Assembly (NCBI GenBank): GCA_965223665.1
Contig: OZ245011.1
Span: 2,816,001 to 2,880,000, forward strand
Reading direction: 5' to 3'
Source of the DNA: Nitrospinaceae bacterium
Lineage (GTDB): Bacteria > Nitrospinota > Nitrospinia > Nitrospinales > Nitrospinaceae
Length of the DNA stretch: 64,000 nucleotides
The position numbers and the translations under genes were made by a program. The notes under the pieces are model-generated. The model saw only the letters and a list, made by a program, of their open reading frames with translations, searched no databases and had not been told where the DNA came from. Shown piece after piece: positions 48,393 to 59,314 of the stretch; positions within the stretch are counted from its first letter, which is position 1, and each line of letters begins with the position of its first letter.

Positions 48393-49328
48393 CTACCACT
48401 TGTCAAGTAATCGCTCACCCCCATAAGTCATCTGTAATTTGTGAACTAACTTGATATATTCAAGAATTCCTTCTTTTCCAGAAAATTCTACACCTAAATC
48501 TTTGGCAGCCTGATTTGACATGGGAACCCCTTCTTCTCCCATTACCCCTTCTACTTCACCAAAAGAGTCAATAGTATCCACAATCATTTTACCTAATTCC
48601 AAATTATGAATATGACCATCAATAAGGTGGAAAATTTTTCCAAATGTATCATTATTTCCAACTACTTTATCAATTGCCTGCGAAACGGAGTCGACTGAAA
48701 CGTACTTGGTGCTACCCTTTAAATCAACATTATAATTGGTAGCAAGATAATCAATAGTTGAAAACCATTCCGATTTATCAATTTGCGGTCGCACTCCATA
48801 AATGGTCACAGGTCTTAAAATGGTTACAGAAAAAGCACGAGAACGTTGGTAGAAATGACAAAATGATTCAATTGAAGATTTTATAGATCCATATAAAGAC
48901 CCCGGCATCACAGGATGAGTTTCATCTAACGGATGGTCCTGATCTACAGTCGGCAAAACCTTTCCAAAAATTGCACATGCACTCATAAAAATAAAATGCT
49001 TTATCCGCGCTTTTCTACAAGCTTCCAATAAATCAAAAGACCCATTGATATTCGTCTTTACCAATTCATCAGCTGTTTGCACGGGACCAGGATAATGCGC
49101 TAGATGAATTACGGTGTCTACCCCTTCAACTAGCTTTTGTAAGGATTCTTTATCTTCTAAACCCCCAATAACATAGTCCACATCCTCAAAGCTTTTTAAA
49201 TGGTCAACCACACTCTCTTCACGAATTAATGCTCGAATATTAGGTCTGTTTTCTTCAGGGCCATCATACAACCTTCGAACATAATGGGAACCCACCATTC
49301 CAGTTATCCCCGTTAAAGCAATATTCAT
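48393..49328 (-). CDS. NAD-dependent epimerase/dehydratase (extended SDR)
   Basis: TGITGMVG, VIHLA, YGSIK (YxxxK), LRPVTIYG; GGAGG SD before ATG 49328. Confidence 0.9.
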   Translation of the reverse strand: MNIALTGITGMVGSHYVRRLYDGPEENRPNIRALIREESVVDHLKSFEDVDYVIGGLEDKESLQKLVEGVDTVIHLAHYPGPVQTADELVKTNINGSFDLLEACRKARIKHFIFMSACAIFGKVLPTVDQDHPLDETHPVMPGSLYGSIKSSIESFCHFYQRSRAFSVTILRPVTIYGVRPQIDKSEWFSTIDYLATNYNVDLKGSTKYVSVDSVSQAIDKVVGNNDTFGKIFHLIDGHIHNLELGKMIVDTIDSFGEVEGVMGEEGVPMSNQAAKDLGVEFSGKEGILEYIKLVHKLQMTYGGERLLDKW

Positions 49329-49501
49329 TGATTTCCTCCAAACCATTATCTATAGCAGAAATTATCTGCTTAATTTTGGGTCACTGTTTCAAATCAATCT
49401 TGTTCAAACTGATGATTTAAAAACCATAATTATAAAAAGATCGAACAATTATGATTGCAGGAAACGGGTAAGTCAACCGGTTTATAAGAAGGAGGGGATA
49501 A

Positions 49502-52138
49502 TTAGTTAGCCGTAGTTTTTTGAATGGCAGCTTGCGCGGCTGACAAAAGAGCAGTGGGGACCCTAAAGGGAGAACAGCTCACATAATCTACATCTAAAGA
49601 ATTAAAATATTGTATGGAATAGGGGTCTCCACCATGTTCTCCACAAACTCCTAAATGAATTTTTCCATTAGAGTTTTTTCCATTTTTAATAGCTATTTCA
49701 ATTAGAGAACCCACGCCATCCTGATCCACACTAACAAAAGGATCTGTGGTCAGTATCCCATTATCGACATAATTTGCCAGAAACATGCCTGCATCATCTC
49801 GACTCAATCCAAAGGTAGTTTGCGTCAAATCATTTGTTCCAAAAGAGAAAAAATCTGCCTCTTTGGCAATTTCACCTGCCGTCATAGCAGCCCTTGGAAG
49901 CTCAATCATAGTCCCTACCTTATAGTCCAGTTTGACCCCTGCTTTTTCAATTATTTCTTCAGCTAACTCAACAATCATTTGTCGAACTTTTTTAAACTCA
50001 TTCACATGGCTGACCAACGGAATCATAATCTCTGGAAATACCTTTAAACCCTTTTTAACTAATTTACAGCCTGCTTCAATGATCGCTCGGACCTGCATTT
50101 GGTAAATTTCTGGATAAACAATTCCCAATCTACAACCCCGCAATCCAAGCATAGGATTGGATTCTTTCAACGAATCAATTTTTTTATTGAGGGCGGAAGG
50201 TCTAAGTTTCATTTGTTTAGCAAGAACTTTTATTTCCGAAGCCACGTGGGGTAAAAATTCATGTAAGGGAGGATCCAATAGACGAATATTTACAGGAAGC
50301 CCTTCCATTACCTTAAAGATTTCAGTAAAGTCAGATCGTTGAATGGGTAATAATTTTTTTAAAGCATCATCTCGGTCTTTAGATTTATTGGCAAGAATCA
50401 TTTTTCGGACTAAAAGAATCCGATCTTCATCAAAAAACATATGTTCCGTTCGACACAAACCAATTCCCTGTGCTCCAAATTCTCTTGCCACTAAAGCATC
50501 GTGGGGAGTATCCGCATTAGCTCTAACTTTCATGGATCGCATTTGATCCGCCCAATTCATCATTTGATTAAAATAACTGGTCACTCGGGGCTTAGATAGG
50601 GGAACCTGCCCTAATACCACCCGACCTGTAGACCCATCTAAAGTAATGGGATCAAGCTCTTTAAGGACAACACCATTTAAATTACAACGTTTTTTCTTTG
50701 GCTCCACCACTAATGAACTACAACCTGAAACACAGGGTTTTCCCATAGCTCGAGCAACAACCGCCGCATGAGATGTCATTCCACCTTTGGCAGTCAATAT
50801 TCCTTGCGCCACACTCATTCCATGGATATCTTCTGGAGAAGTTTCCATTCTAACTAAAACCACTCTTTCCTTTTTTTCTGCAATTTCCATAGCGCGTTCT
50901 GGAGTAAAAACAATCTTTCCACTCGCGGCCCCAGGCGATGCACCTAAACCCTTGTCCAGAACTTTTATTTTAGCTTTTTCATCTATCATAGGATGAAAAA
51001 TTTGATCCACCTGGGATGCCTCAACTCTTAGAAGCGCCTCTTGCTTACTGATCAAGCCTTCATTTACCATATCAACGGCAATTCGAATAGCTGCTGCAGC
51101 GGTTCGTTTCCCGGTTCGCGTTTGCAACATAAACAGTTGATTTTCCTGAATGGTGAACTCAATATCCTGCATCTCCTTATAATGATTTTCCAAGACTTGA
51201 TAAACATTCACCAACTCCTCGTACATATCTGGCATATCTTGTTCTAATTTGGAAATAGGTTGGGGAGTTCGAATCCCTGCAACCACATCTTCCCCTTGAG
51301 CATTTATCATATACTCACCATAGAATTTTTTCTCACCGGTTGCCGGGTTCCGGGTAAAAGCTACTCCCGTGGCGGAGGTTTTCCCCATATTTCCAAAAAC
51401 CATGGACTGTACGTTCACCGCAGTACCCCAATCATGAGGAATATTGTTAAGTTTTCTATAGGTAATGGCTCGAGGTGTGTTCCAGGATTTAAAAACGGCT
51501 TCAACAGCCATTCTTAATTGATCTAAAGGGTCTTCAGGAAATTGCTTTCCAGTTTTTCGTTTAACTAACTTTTTAAAATCTTTAATGACAGACTTCAAGT
51601 CACTTTCGGTCAAATCCGTATCAAATTCAATCTTCCGCTTTACTTTTTTCTTTGTGAGAATTTTTTCAAAATGTTCTCCTTCAATTTCCAACACAACATT
51701 TCCAAACATTGCAATAAACCGTCGGTAACAATCTAAGGCAAACCATTTATTCTCTGTTTTATTGGCTAATGCAGTTAAAGTATCTTCATTTAACCCCAAA
51801 TTAAGGACGGTATCCATCATTCCAGGCATAGAAGCCCGAGCCCCAGAACGAACAGAAACTAAAAGAGGATTTTCTTTGTCTCCAAATTCCATTCCCATCG
51901 ACTTTTGTAAACTACGAAGATTTTTCATAACCTCCTCCCAAATGGAGGCGGAAATGGTATTTTCTTTTTTAAAGTATGATAAGCAGGCTTCGGTTGTAAT
52001 TGTAAAGCCAGGTGGAACATTAATTCCCAAGGAGGCCATCTCCGCTAGATTGGCTCCTTTACCACCCAACAATTCGCGCATATCTGCGCGACCCTCTGTC
52101 TGATTTGCGCCAAAAAAGTAAACGTATTTTATCGCCAT
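49502..52138 (-). CDS. ppdK: Pyruvate, phosphate dikinase
   Basis: GGKGANLAEM, SMPGMMDT, GGMTSHAAVVAR (phospho-His), GLCRTEHM, SFGTNDLTQ, CGEHGGDP. Confidence 0.98.
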   Translation of the reverse strand: MAIKYVYFFGANQTEGRADMRELLGGKGANLAEMASLGINVPPGFTITTEACLSYFKKENTISASIWEEVMKNLRSLQKSMGMEFGDKENPLLVSVRSGARASMPGMMDTVLNLGLNEDTLTALANKTENKWFALDCYRRFIAMFGNVVLEIEGEHFEKILTKKKVKRKIEFDTDLTESDLKSVIKDFKKLVKRKTGKQFPEDPLDQLRMAVEAVFKSWNTPRAITYRKLNNIPHDWGTAVNVQSMVFGNMGKTSATGVAFTRNPATGEKKFYGEYMINAQGEDVVAGIRTPQPISKLEQDMPDMYEELVNVYQVLENHYKEMQDIEFTIQENQLFMLQTRTGKRTAAAAIRIAVDMVNEGLISKQEALLRVEASQVDQIFHPMIDEKAKIKVLDKGLGASPGAASGKIVFTPERAMEIAEKKERVVLVRMETSPEDIHGMSVAQGILTAKGGMTSHAAVVARAMGKPCVSGCSSLVVEPKKKRCNLNGVVLKELDPITLDGSTGRVVLGQVPLSKPRVTSYFNQMMNWADQMRSMKVRANADTPHDALVAREFGAQGIGLCRTEHMFFDEDRILLVRKMILANKSKDRDDALKKLLPIQRSDFTEIFKVMEGLPVNIRLLDPPLHEFLPHVASEIKVLAKQMKLRPSALNKKIDSLKESNPMLGLRGCRLGIVYPEIYQMQVRAIIEAGCKLVKKGLKVFPEIMIPLVSHVNEFKKVRQMIVELAEEIIEKAGVKLDYKVGTMIELPRAAMTAGEIAKEADFFSFGTNDLTQTTFGLSRDDAGMFLANYVDNGILTTDPFVSVDQDGVGSLIEIAIKNGKNSNGKIHLGVCGEHGGDPYSIQYFNSLDVDYVSCSPFRVPTALLSAAQAAIQKTTAN

Positions 52139-52209
52139 AAGAATGTTAAACCATATTAATTAGAAAAAATTGCCGGCAAAATTTAGATTGTTGAAAATAA
52201 GTTTGGGTT

Positions 52210-54282
52210 TCAACTTTTTTTAAAAACTATCTTAGAAAAATCTCCAATTTGAGAAAACAATTCAGAAACACTTTTTAATAATGCCAATCGATTTGAACGA
52301 AGGGCTTGATCCTCAACATTCACCATAACATTGTCAAAAAAATTATCAATCTCGTCCTTAGCTCCTACTATTATTGCCAAAGCCTGGTCGTATTCCCGTT
52401 TATCCATAAATTTAATGAAAGGTTTTCGGATCTCTAATAATTTTTCAAATAATTTCTTTTCGGCAGGTTCTGTCAACAAATTAGGATCAACTTGTTCCCC
52501 GGTTTCTTTTGTCAATATACTCACAACTCGGCGAAAAGCAATTGCTAAAGGTTCAAAATACGACTGCTTTTTTAACTCGGACAAAGCTTTAGCTTTCTCT
52601 TTAGTATTTTTAAAAGAATCGATTTTAGTAGCCAGCACAGCATCAATTACATCATATTCATAACCTTCTGCATTTAATAAAGTCTTTAATCTTTGCGAAA
52701 ACAGATCTTTGCAATGAGAGCGAATTTCTTCTTCAGAAAGTTTGGCCTTTGATTTTAATTGACCAATTCCTAAATCTATAAGCCATTCCAAATCCACTTG
52801 TAAATCATATTTTATTAAGATTTGAATTATTCCTAACGCATGTCTGCGCAATCCGTAAGGATCTTCTGAACCGGATGGAATCAATTTCACAGAAATACAA
52901 CCTGTAATCGTATCTAATTTGTCGGCTAAAGCCACCAAGGCTCCCGGCAGAGTAGAGGGTAAAGAATCTTCAGCAAAAGCGGGTTTGTAATGCTCTTTAA
53001 TGGCGATAGCAATTTGGCTTCCTTCATTACTATGTTCCGCATAGTATCCACCCATAATTCCCTGAAGTTCAGGAAATTCATATACCATTTGAGTAACTAA
53101 ATCTGCTTTACACAAATAGGCAGCCCGCTCGGCCACTTGAATTGCATCTTTTTCTTTTACAAAATTTTCAAAAAGTTTAACCAAAGCAACTATGCGCATC
53201 ACTTTTTCAAATGAGGTACCTAAATCCTTTTGAAAAATTACCCCCTTTAAATTTTCCACATAATCTTCTAATTTACGTTTACGATCTTCATCATAGAAAA
53301 ATCTTGCATCTTCCAATCGTGCCCTTAAAACCCTTTGGTTCCCTAATTGAATCGTATTGTCTTTTTCCATTTTCATATTACTAATAGTAATAAAATAAGG
53401 GAGAAGTTCATCCCCAGACCAAATGGGAAAATATTTTTGATGATACGTCATGGTAATTACTAAAAGTTCTTTAGGTAATTTCAGATACTTCTTTTCAAAT
53501 TCTCCACGAATGGCAAAAGGAAACTCTACTAAATTGGTCACTGTATTCAATAAACCAGCTTCTTCCTTTATTTGACCATTCACTTCTTTTGCCAAAGATT
53601 GAACCTGGTTCAGAACATTTCTTTTCCGCTCATCTAAATCAACTAGTAGATGGTTTTCCAAACCACGCCGAAGATAGTCATCAAGACTATTAAACTCAAA
53701 ACTCCCGGGGCTCAAAAACCTGTGGCCATAAGATTTATTTCCACTGGAAATTCCTTCAAATTCAAATTTCAGGATCTGTGATTCAAAAATGGCAGCTATC
53801 CAATGAATCGGTCTAGCAAAAGGTTTTTTCTTTATAGACCAACGCATCTTCTTAGGAAAGGGAATACTCTTTATAATCTCGGGTAAAAATTTGTTTAAAA
53901 GATCAGCGGTAGGCTCTCCAATTTTTTCAACCCGCGCACAAATTACTTCTCCTTTAGAGGTTTCTTCTCTTTTTAACTCATCAAGAGAGACCCCAAATTT
54001 CTTAGCAAACCCAATAGCAGCTTTGGTAGGGTTACCTTCACCATCAAAAGCCACTTTAACGCTAGGCCCATTAAATACTTCGACTATATCCGGTTGCCGA
54101 GCCACAACCCCTGGAAACCATATTGCTAACCGCCGAGGAGTTCCCATTAATTTAGGTTTCCCTACCTCTATCCGATGTTGTTGAAAAAAATCTGATAGAG
54201 ATTTCTTCATAAAATTCAAGGCAGGATGAATATAGCCCGCAGGAATTTCTTCACTGCCAATTTCAAAAAGTAAATCAGGCAT
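52210..54282 (-). CDS. glyS: Glycine-tRNA ligase beta subunit
   Basis: LLFEIGSEEIP, TPRRL, FPKKMRW, RPIHW, EFPELQG, GSEDPYGLRR, FFDNVMVN. Confidence 0.97.
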   Translation of the reverse strand: MPDLLFEIGSEEIPAGYIHPALNFMKKSLSDFFQQHRIEVGKPKLMGTPRRLAIWFPGVVARQPDIVEVFNGPSVKVAFDGEGNPTKAAIGFAKKFGVSLDELKREETSKGEVICARVEKIGEPTADLLNKFLPEIIKSIPFPKKMRWSIKKKPFARPIHWIAAIFESQILKFEFEGISSGNKSYGHRFLSPGSFEFNSLDDYLRRGLENHLLVDLDERKRNVLNQVQSLAKEVNGQIKEEAGLLNTVTNLVEFPFAIRGEFEKKYLKLPKELLVITMTYHQKYFPIWSGDELLPYFITISNMKMEKDNTIQLGNQRVLRARLEDARFFYDEDRKRKLEDYVENLKGVIFQKDLGTSFEKVMRIVALVKLFENFVKEKDAIQVAERAAYLCKADLVTQMVYEFPELQGIMGGYYAEHSNEGSQIAIAIKEHYKPAFAEDSLPSTLPGALVALADKLDTITGCISVKLIPSGSEDPYGLRRHALGIIQILIKYDLQVDLEWLIDLGIGQLKSKAKLSEEEIRSHCKDLFSQRLKTLLNAEGYEYDVIDAVLATKIDSFKNTKEKAKALSELKKQSYFEPLAIAFRRVVSILTKETGEQVDPNLLTEPAEKKLFEKLLEIRKPFIKFMDKREYDQALAIIVGAKDEIDNFFDNVMVNVEDQALRSNRLALLKSVSELFSQIGDFSKIVFKKS

Positions 54283-54558
54283 TAATTATTCTTAACTTTC
54301 TCAAAGGGCTTGTTAAAAACAAAATAAAACACACCAATGATTAAATACATTAGATGAAGCCGGGTTTTTAGCAAACTCAAAAATGTTTGTCAAACCAGGT
54401 TTTAGAACGAAAAAGGGCATTTAGGTCGGCTTCTAAATTATAGAAATACAATGAATTTCAAAGAAAAGTGAATATCTTTAAAATAACGACTATAATATAT
54501 TTATTTTCAGTTAGTTGCAATTATTCCACTATTCCTTTGAAAACGCCTGGAGTTTCGT

Positions 54559-57081
54559 TTGAAATCTCTTTTTTTAATTTTGATCGCCGGTTTAACCGGC
54601 CTGGGCCTTTGGTTTTTACTAAAAACTACATTAAAAAAATCTCAAAATAAAGACCCGAACAATCCAGTCCCTGATAAATCAGATTCAGGAGATAATATCG
54701 CATCCAAAATTGTCCAAAAATTTGGGATGTCAGACAAAGTAAAAAATCAAATCTCAAAAGTTCAATCAGAAAAAACCCAAAACAAGCTAAGAAGTGTTTC
54801 CCTACATCAGGTCACCATGCCTCTCAAAAATTTTGTCGGGCGGAAAGGGGATATGGTAGAGATTCTTCAAAAAAATCGAGAAGGAACAAAAATATTTTGT
54901 TTTTATGGGCAACTTGGAATTGGTAAAACAAGTTTTGGAGTTTATATATGTGAAAAGCTGGTTCCTTTTTATCCTCACAGTCAAATTTATTTTGATTTAG
55001 AATTTTCAGAGACTCCTAGAAAAGGGACTTTGGATGCGATGGCTCACGTACTTAAAACATTAAGACCCGAAATAAAAATACCATCATCAGAAAGAGATTT
55101 AGCAACTCTTTACTTTAATTCGCTCAGAAATAAAAAAGCTGTTTTATTTTTTGATAATATTTCTGGGCTCGATCAGATTAAAAAATTAAAAGCTCCTAAA
55201 TCCTGTGTGACCCTGTTTACTTCTTCAAAGGCAATAAAAGATACCGAGATTCTTTCCAAAGAGTTGAGTACTCCTCCATCAGAAGATGCAAGAGATATCC
55301 TATTAAGCAATTGTCCACGTATTGGCTTTTGGACGGCAGAGATAGGTAAGTCCTGTGGATATAATCCTTTGGCTTTATCAATTTGCAGTCGATTTCTTGG
55401 AATGTCTGAAGAGCAGGACCCAGGAGCGTTTTCAACTCAACTCCGTGACGCAAACAAAAAACTAGAGAGAGGGGATAAAGATCGCCACCAGTTGGGGATT
55501 GAATCAACATTGAGCCTGGTTCTATCTTTTTTGGCAGATCATATGATAAAGACTCTTGCAAAATTAATGGTGTTCAAAGGTTCTTTTGATGCCTCCGCCG
55601 AGGGATTTATTTGTGATGACAGGAGTGGTGATAATTTGGATATTTTAACTCACATAGGGTTGGTCCATTATGAAAAAGATAATAACCGATATCGAATTCA
55701 TAAATTAGTTCGAGAGTGGATGAGTCAAAAACAGTACAAAATTTATTCAGCGCAAGCTCAAATGAGACACGCCACCTACTACATGACAACAATGGAACAC
55801 ATCAAGCAACTATATAATTCCAATAAAAAAGATCAAATGATTCAAGCTCTGCAATTGTTTGATTTGGAATGGCCCAATATTCGGGAAGGACAAGCATGGG
55901 CAAAAGATAATGGACTAAAAGACTTTGACGCGGCCAAAGTTTGTAATGGATATGCAGAAGCAGGGACTAAAGTTTTAAAATTACGCTGTTCTCCTAAAGA
56001 GCGATTGGAATGGTATGAAGCCGCCTTATCTGCTGCGCGTTATCAACAAAATGAAGAATCTGAAAAAAATCACTTGCTCAATATTGGAACTGAATACTTG
56101 ATATTAAAAGATTTCAAAAATTGTACTGAATATTTGGAGAAGGCTGTAAAACTTGGAGAACAAAAAGATGATCCCGAAGTTTTATGTGAAGCCTATCATA
56201 AATTAGGTCAGGCTTATATTGCCCAGAACCAACTTGAAAAAGGAATAGAACTTCTCCAAAAAGAACTTGGTATAGCAAATAAGAGAGGTGAAAGTAAAAT
56301 TGAAATTCTGGCATGTGAAGAATTAGGAAATGCCTATTTCAAAAGAAATGAATTTAATGAAGCCATTGAATACTTTAATAAAGGGTTAACATCCGCTCAA
56401 AATTTGAAAGATACTCAAATTGAAATTCGCTTACTCATGGCCTTAAGTAAAGCTTTGATTAAATCCGACCAGGGAAGGGAAGCAATAAATTTTCTTAAAA
56501 AAGGTTTAGCTGTTTCAGCTAACATTAAAAATGCATTTATTGAAGCAGAGCTATTAGCCCATCTGGGAGATGTACATGTGTCTATGAATGAGAACCCTCA
56601 GGCAATGGCTTTTTACGAAAAAGCTGTAGAAATTTATAAAAAACACAAGGACAGCAATAAAGAGGCCGAAATTTTGGGGCGACAAGGATTGGCTTGGATT
56701 AAATCCGGTAACCCCACTAACGGAATCCAGCTCATTGAAAAAGCAATAAAAATAAGTAGAGCAAATCGAAATATCGTAGAAGAAATGACTTTACTCAGTT
56801 TCCTTGGGGCTGCACTTCTGGAAACAGGAAATATTCAAATGGCTACCGAGGCTTTTGACCGTCAATTGAATCTTGCCAAAAAAACCCGCTCCGGATTGGT
56901 CGAAGCCAAAGCCTTGCACCATCTAGGACAATTAGAACAAAAGCAGGGCAATATTGCCAAGGCTGTAAATAACTTCAAAATGGCACTAAACCTCTATGAA
57001 AGGGCTAAATCGCCTTTGGTAGAAGAAGTGCGCCAAGATTTAGACCTCATAGAAAAACAATCCAAAAAACCGGTCAGCTAA
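54559..57081 (+). CDS. Membrane-anchored STAND (NB-ARC-like) NTPase with C-terminal TPR repeats
   Basis: N-terminal TM helix; FVGR, GQLGIGKT (Walker A), VLFFDN (Walker B), CGYNPLAL, RIHKLVR, then a long TPR array. Confidence 0.85.
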   Translation: MKSLFLILIAGLTGLGLWFLLKTTLKKSQNKDPNNPVPDKSDSGDNIASKIVQKFGMSDKVKNQISKVQSEKTQNKLRSVSLHQVTMPLKNFVGRKGDMVEILQKNREGTKIFCFYGQLGIGKTSFGVYICEKLVPFYPHSQIYFDLEFSETPRKGTLDAMAHVLKTLRPEIKIPSSERDLATLYFNSLRNKKAVLFFDNISGLDQIKKLKAPKSCVTLFTSSKAIKDTEILSKELSTPPSEDARDILLSNCPRIGFWTAEIGKSCGYNPLALSICSRFLGMSEEQDPGAFSTQLRDANKKLERGDKDRHQLGIESTLSLVLSFLADHMIKTLAKLMVFKGSFDASAEGFICDDRSGDNLDILTHIGLVHYEKDNNRYRIHKLVREWMSQKQYKIYSAQAQMRHATYYMTTMEHIKQLYNSNKKDQMIQALQLFDLEWPNIREGQAWAKDNGLKDFDAAKVCNGYAEAGTKVLKLRCSPKERLEWYEAALSAARYQQNEESEKNHLLNIGTEYLILKDFKNCTEYLEKAVKLGEQKDDPEVLCEAYHKLGQAYIAQNQLEKGIELLQKELGIANKRGESKIEILACEELGNAYFKRNEFNEAIEYFNKGLTSAQNLKDTQIEIRLLMALSKALIKSDQGREAINFLKKGLAVSANIKNAFIEAELLAHLGDVHVSMNENPQAMAFYEKAVEIYKKHKDSNKEAEILGRQGLAWIKSGNPTNGIQLIEKAIKISRANRNIVEEMTLLSFLGAALLETGNIQMATEAFDRQLNLAKKTRSGLVEAKALHHLGQLEQKQGNIAKAVNNFKMALNLYERAKSPLVEEVRQDLDLIEKQSKKPVS

Positions 57082-57168
57082 ACCCCACCTAATAAATTCA
57101 CAAAACTCCTAATTTAGTGTAGTATTTTTATTTAGACCTAAATTTCTCTTAATAATTTAATTTTTCTG

Positions 57169-59058
57169 ATGAAACATTACGATGTCATTGTGATTGGAGG
57201 AGGCCATGCCGGTTGTGAGGCCGCTTTGGCCTCGGCGAGAATGGGGGTTTCCACCCTATTATTGACCTTGGACATGGACAATATCGCCCTCATGCCATGT
57301 AATCCGGCGATAGGTGGGGTGGGTAAAGGCCACATGGTTCGGGAAATTGATGCCTTAGGGGGTCAAATGGCAAAGGTAATTGACAATACCGGAATTCAGT
57401 TCCGGATGCTCAATGCCTCTAAAGGCCCTGCCGTCCAAGGAAACCGAGCACAAGCTGATAAATTCCAATATAAAAATGAAATGCGAAGGGTGTTGGAACA
57501 ACAGTCCGGATTAGATATTGTTATTGAAGAAGTAGAAGAGTTTTTAATAAAAAATGAAAAGGTTTCAGGTGTGCGGACAGCCCAAGGTTCCCACTACTCC
57601 ACTCAAACTTTAATCATTACTACTGGTACTTTTTTACGTGGGCGTATTCATATCGGTTTGGAAAGTCGACCGGCAGGTCGAGTAGGTGAGAAACCTTCTA
57701 ATAAACTTTCGGAATCCTTTTTAGCTTGTGGGTTTGAATTAGGACGTCTCAAAACAGGTACACCCCCTCGGCTTCACAGTGGCTCAATTGATTTTAATAA
57801 ATGTGAAATTCAACATGGAGACACCTCTCCGCAACCTTTTTCTTTTAGCAACCAATCTGTAGAACACCGGCCAAAAATACCGTGCCATATAACATACACC
57901 AATTTAAATACAGCCGAAGTGATCCGTAAAAACATGGAGCTTTCCCCACTTTATAGCGGAAAAATTGAAGGCATTGGTCCAAGGTATTGCCCATCTATTG
58001 AAGACAAAGTAGTTAAGTTTCCTGATAAAGAAATGCATCACATATTCCTGGAACCCGAAGGGTTAGAAACGGATCGGGTTTATCCAAACGGTGTCTCTAC
58101 AAGTTTACCTGAATTTGTTCAATTAGAGTTTATTAGGACTATCCCTGGTTTAGAGAATGCAACCATTGCTCGTCCCGGGTACGCAGTAGAATATGATTTT
58201 GTTCCACCGACTCAATTAAAATCGACACTTGAAACTAAAAAGATAAAAGGCCTGTTTCATGCCGGACAAATTAATGGCACTTCAGGATACGAGGAAGCTG
58301 CTGCACAAGGTTTAATAGCTGGAATTAATGCCGCCTTGCAAGTAAAAAACCTTGCTCCCTTTGTCTTAACTCGAATGGATGCTTATATTGGTGTTTTAAT
58401 TGATGATCTGGTTACTAAAGGTACACTAGAACCATATCGCATGTTCACTTCAAGGGCAGAGTATAGGTTACTTTTAAGACAAGATAACGCAGACCGTAGA
58501 TTGATGGAAAAAGGAAATCAGCTCGGTTTAATTTCAAAAGATTTATTTGAAAAATGCCTAGAAAAACAAAAAACTCTTACCACCGAAATCGATCGGCTGA
58601 AAAACACTAAGATTGTCCCCAATAAAGAGGCCAAACCTCTGTTGGCACAAATAGGTATTAAAGATTTAAAAGGGCCTACTACTTTAAGTGGTCTTTTACG
58701 TCGCCCCGAAATTTCTTATAACCAACTCATTCAAGTTTTTAATGGAGCCCACGTATCACCCAATATTGCGGAACTTGTAGAAATTGAAGTCAAATATGAG
58801 GCTTTTATTGAGCGACAAAACCAAATGGTAAAAAAGCAAAAGAAATTGGAAAATTATTCAATCCCGCACAATTTAAGTTTTAAAGAAATTCCTGGACTTT
58901 CCAACGAGGAAATTCAAAAATTGGAAAAACTCCGTCCTGCCAACTTAGGCCAGGCCTCGCGCATTTCAGGGGTGACCCCGGCCGCTATCACTATTATTAT
59001 GATGTTATTAGAACGTCGATTTAATTCTAAGACTTCCAGCGGAACCGCAACCATTTAA
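57169..59058 (+). CDS. mnmG: tRNA uridine-5-carboxymethylaminomethyl modification enzyme
   Basis: [63 protein letters not shown]. Confidence 0.98.
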   Translation: MKHYDVIVIGGGHAGCEAALASARMGVSTLLLTLDMDNIALMPCNPAIGGVGKGHMVREIDALGGQMAKVIDNTGIQFRMLNASKGPAVQGNRAQADKFQYKNEMRRVLEQQSGLDIVIEEVEEFLIKNEKVSGVRTAQGSHYSTQTLIITTGTFLRGRIHIGLESRPAGRVGEKPSNKLSESFLACGFELGRLKTGTPPRLHSGSIDFNKCEIQHGDTSPQPFSFSNQSVEHRPKIPCHITYTNLNTAEVIRKNMELSPLYSGKIEGIGPRYCPSIEDKVVKFPDKEMHHIFLEPEGLETDRVYPNGVSTSLPEFVQLEFIRTIPGLENATIARPGYAVEYDFVPPTQLKSTLETKKIKGLFHAGQINGTSGYEEAAAQGLIAGINAALQVKNLAPFVLTRMDAYIGVLIDDLVTKGTLEPYRMFTSRAEYRLLLRQDNADRRLMEKGNQLGLISKDLFEKCLEKQKTLTTEIDRLKNTKIVPNKEAKPLLAQIGIKDLKGPTTLSGLLRRPEISYNQLIQVFNGAHVSPNIAELVEIEVKYEAFIERQNQMVKKQKKLENYSIPHNLSFKEIPGLSNEEIQKLEKLRPANLGQASRISGVTPAAITIIMMLLERRFNSKTSSGTATI

Positions 59059-59063
59059 GAAAA

Positions 59064-59300
59064 ATGTTTCCAAAATATACCGATTCTGTTCAATGGATCC
59101 TGGAGGTTGAAAAAAAGGAAATCGCATACATCGTAGGATTGTTTGAAGGTTATGATGACTTCGCGGTTGTTCGGACACTTGACCCTGCTCGTGGACATAT
59201 CGAACTCATGATCTCTCCAGATTTCGAGAATGAAGTCGCTAAGTTAATTGAAAAGTTATCAAAAGAAATTTCTTTAAGAATTTTAAGCAAAGAAAAATAA
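59064..59300 (+). CDS. DUF4911-like small protein
   Basis: EIAYI...FEGYD.FAVVRTLDP..G.IEL. Confidence 0.75.
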   Translation: MFPKYTDSVQWILEVEKKEIAYIVGLFEGYDDFAVVRTLDPARGHIELMISPDFENEVAKLIEKLSKEISLRILSKEK

Positions 59301-59314
59301 TTTTTTTAGACCAT

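Noticed and set aside
51263-51279. tRNA T-arm-like sequence GGAGTTCGAATCCC
   Set aside because: Lies inside ppdK (antisense of the conserved AGIRTP codons) and forms no cloverleaf.
57082-57168. oriC next to mnmG
   Set aside because: Short spacer with no TTATCCACA cluster; no rsmG, parAB or dnaA in the neighbourhood.
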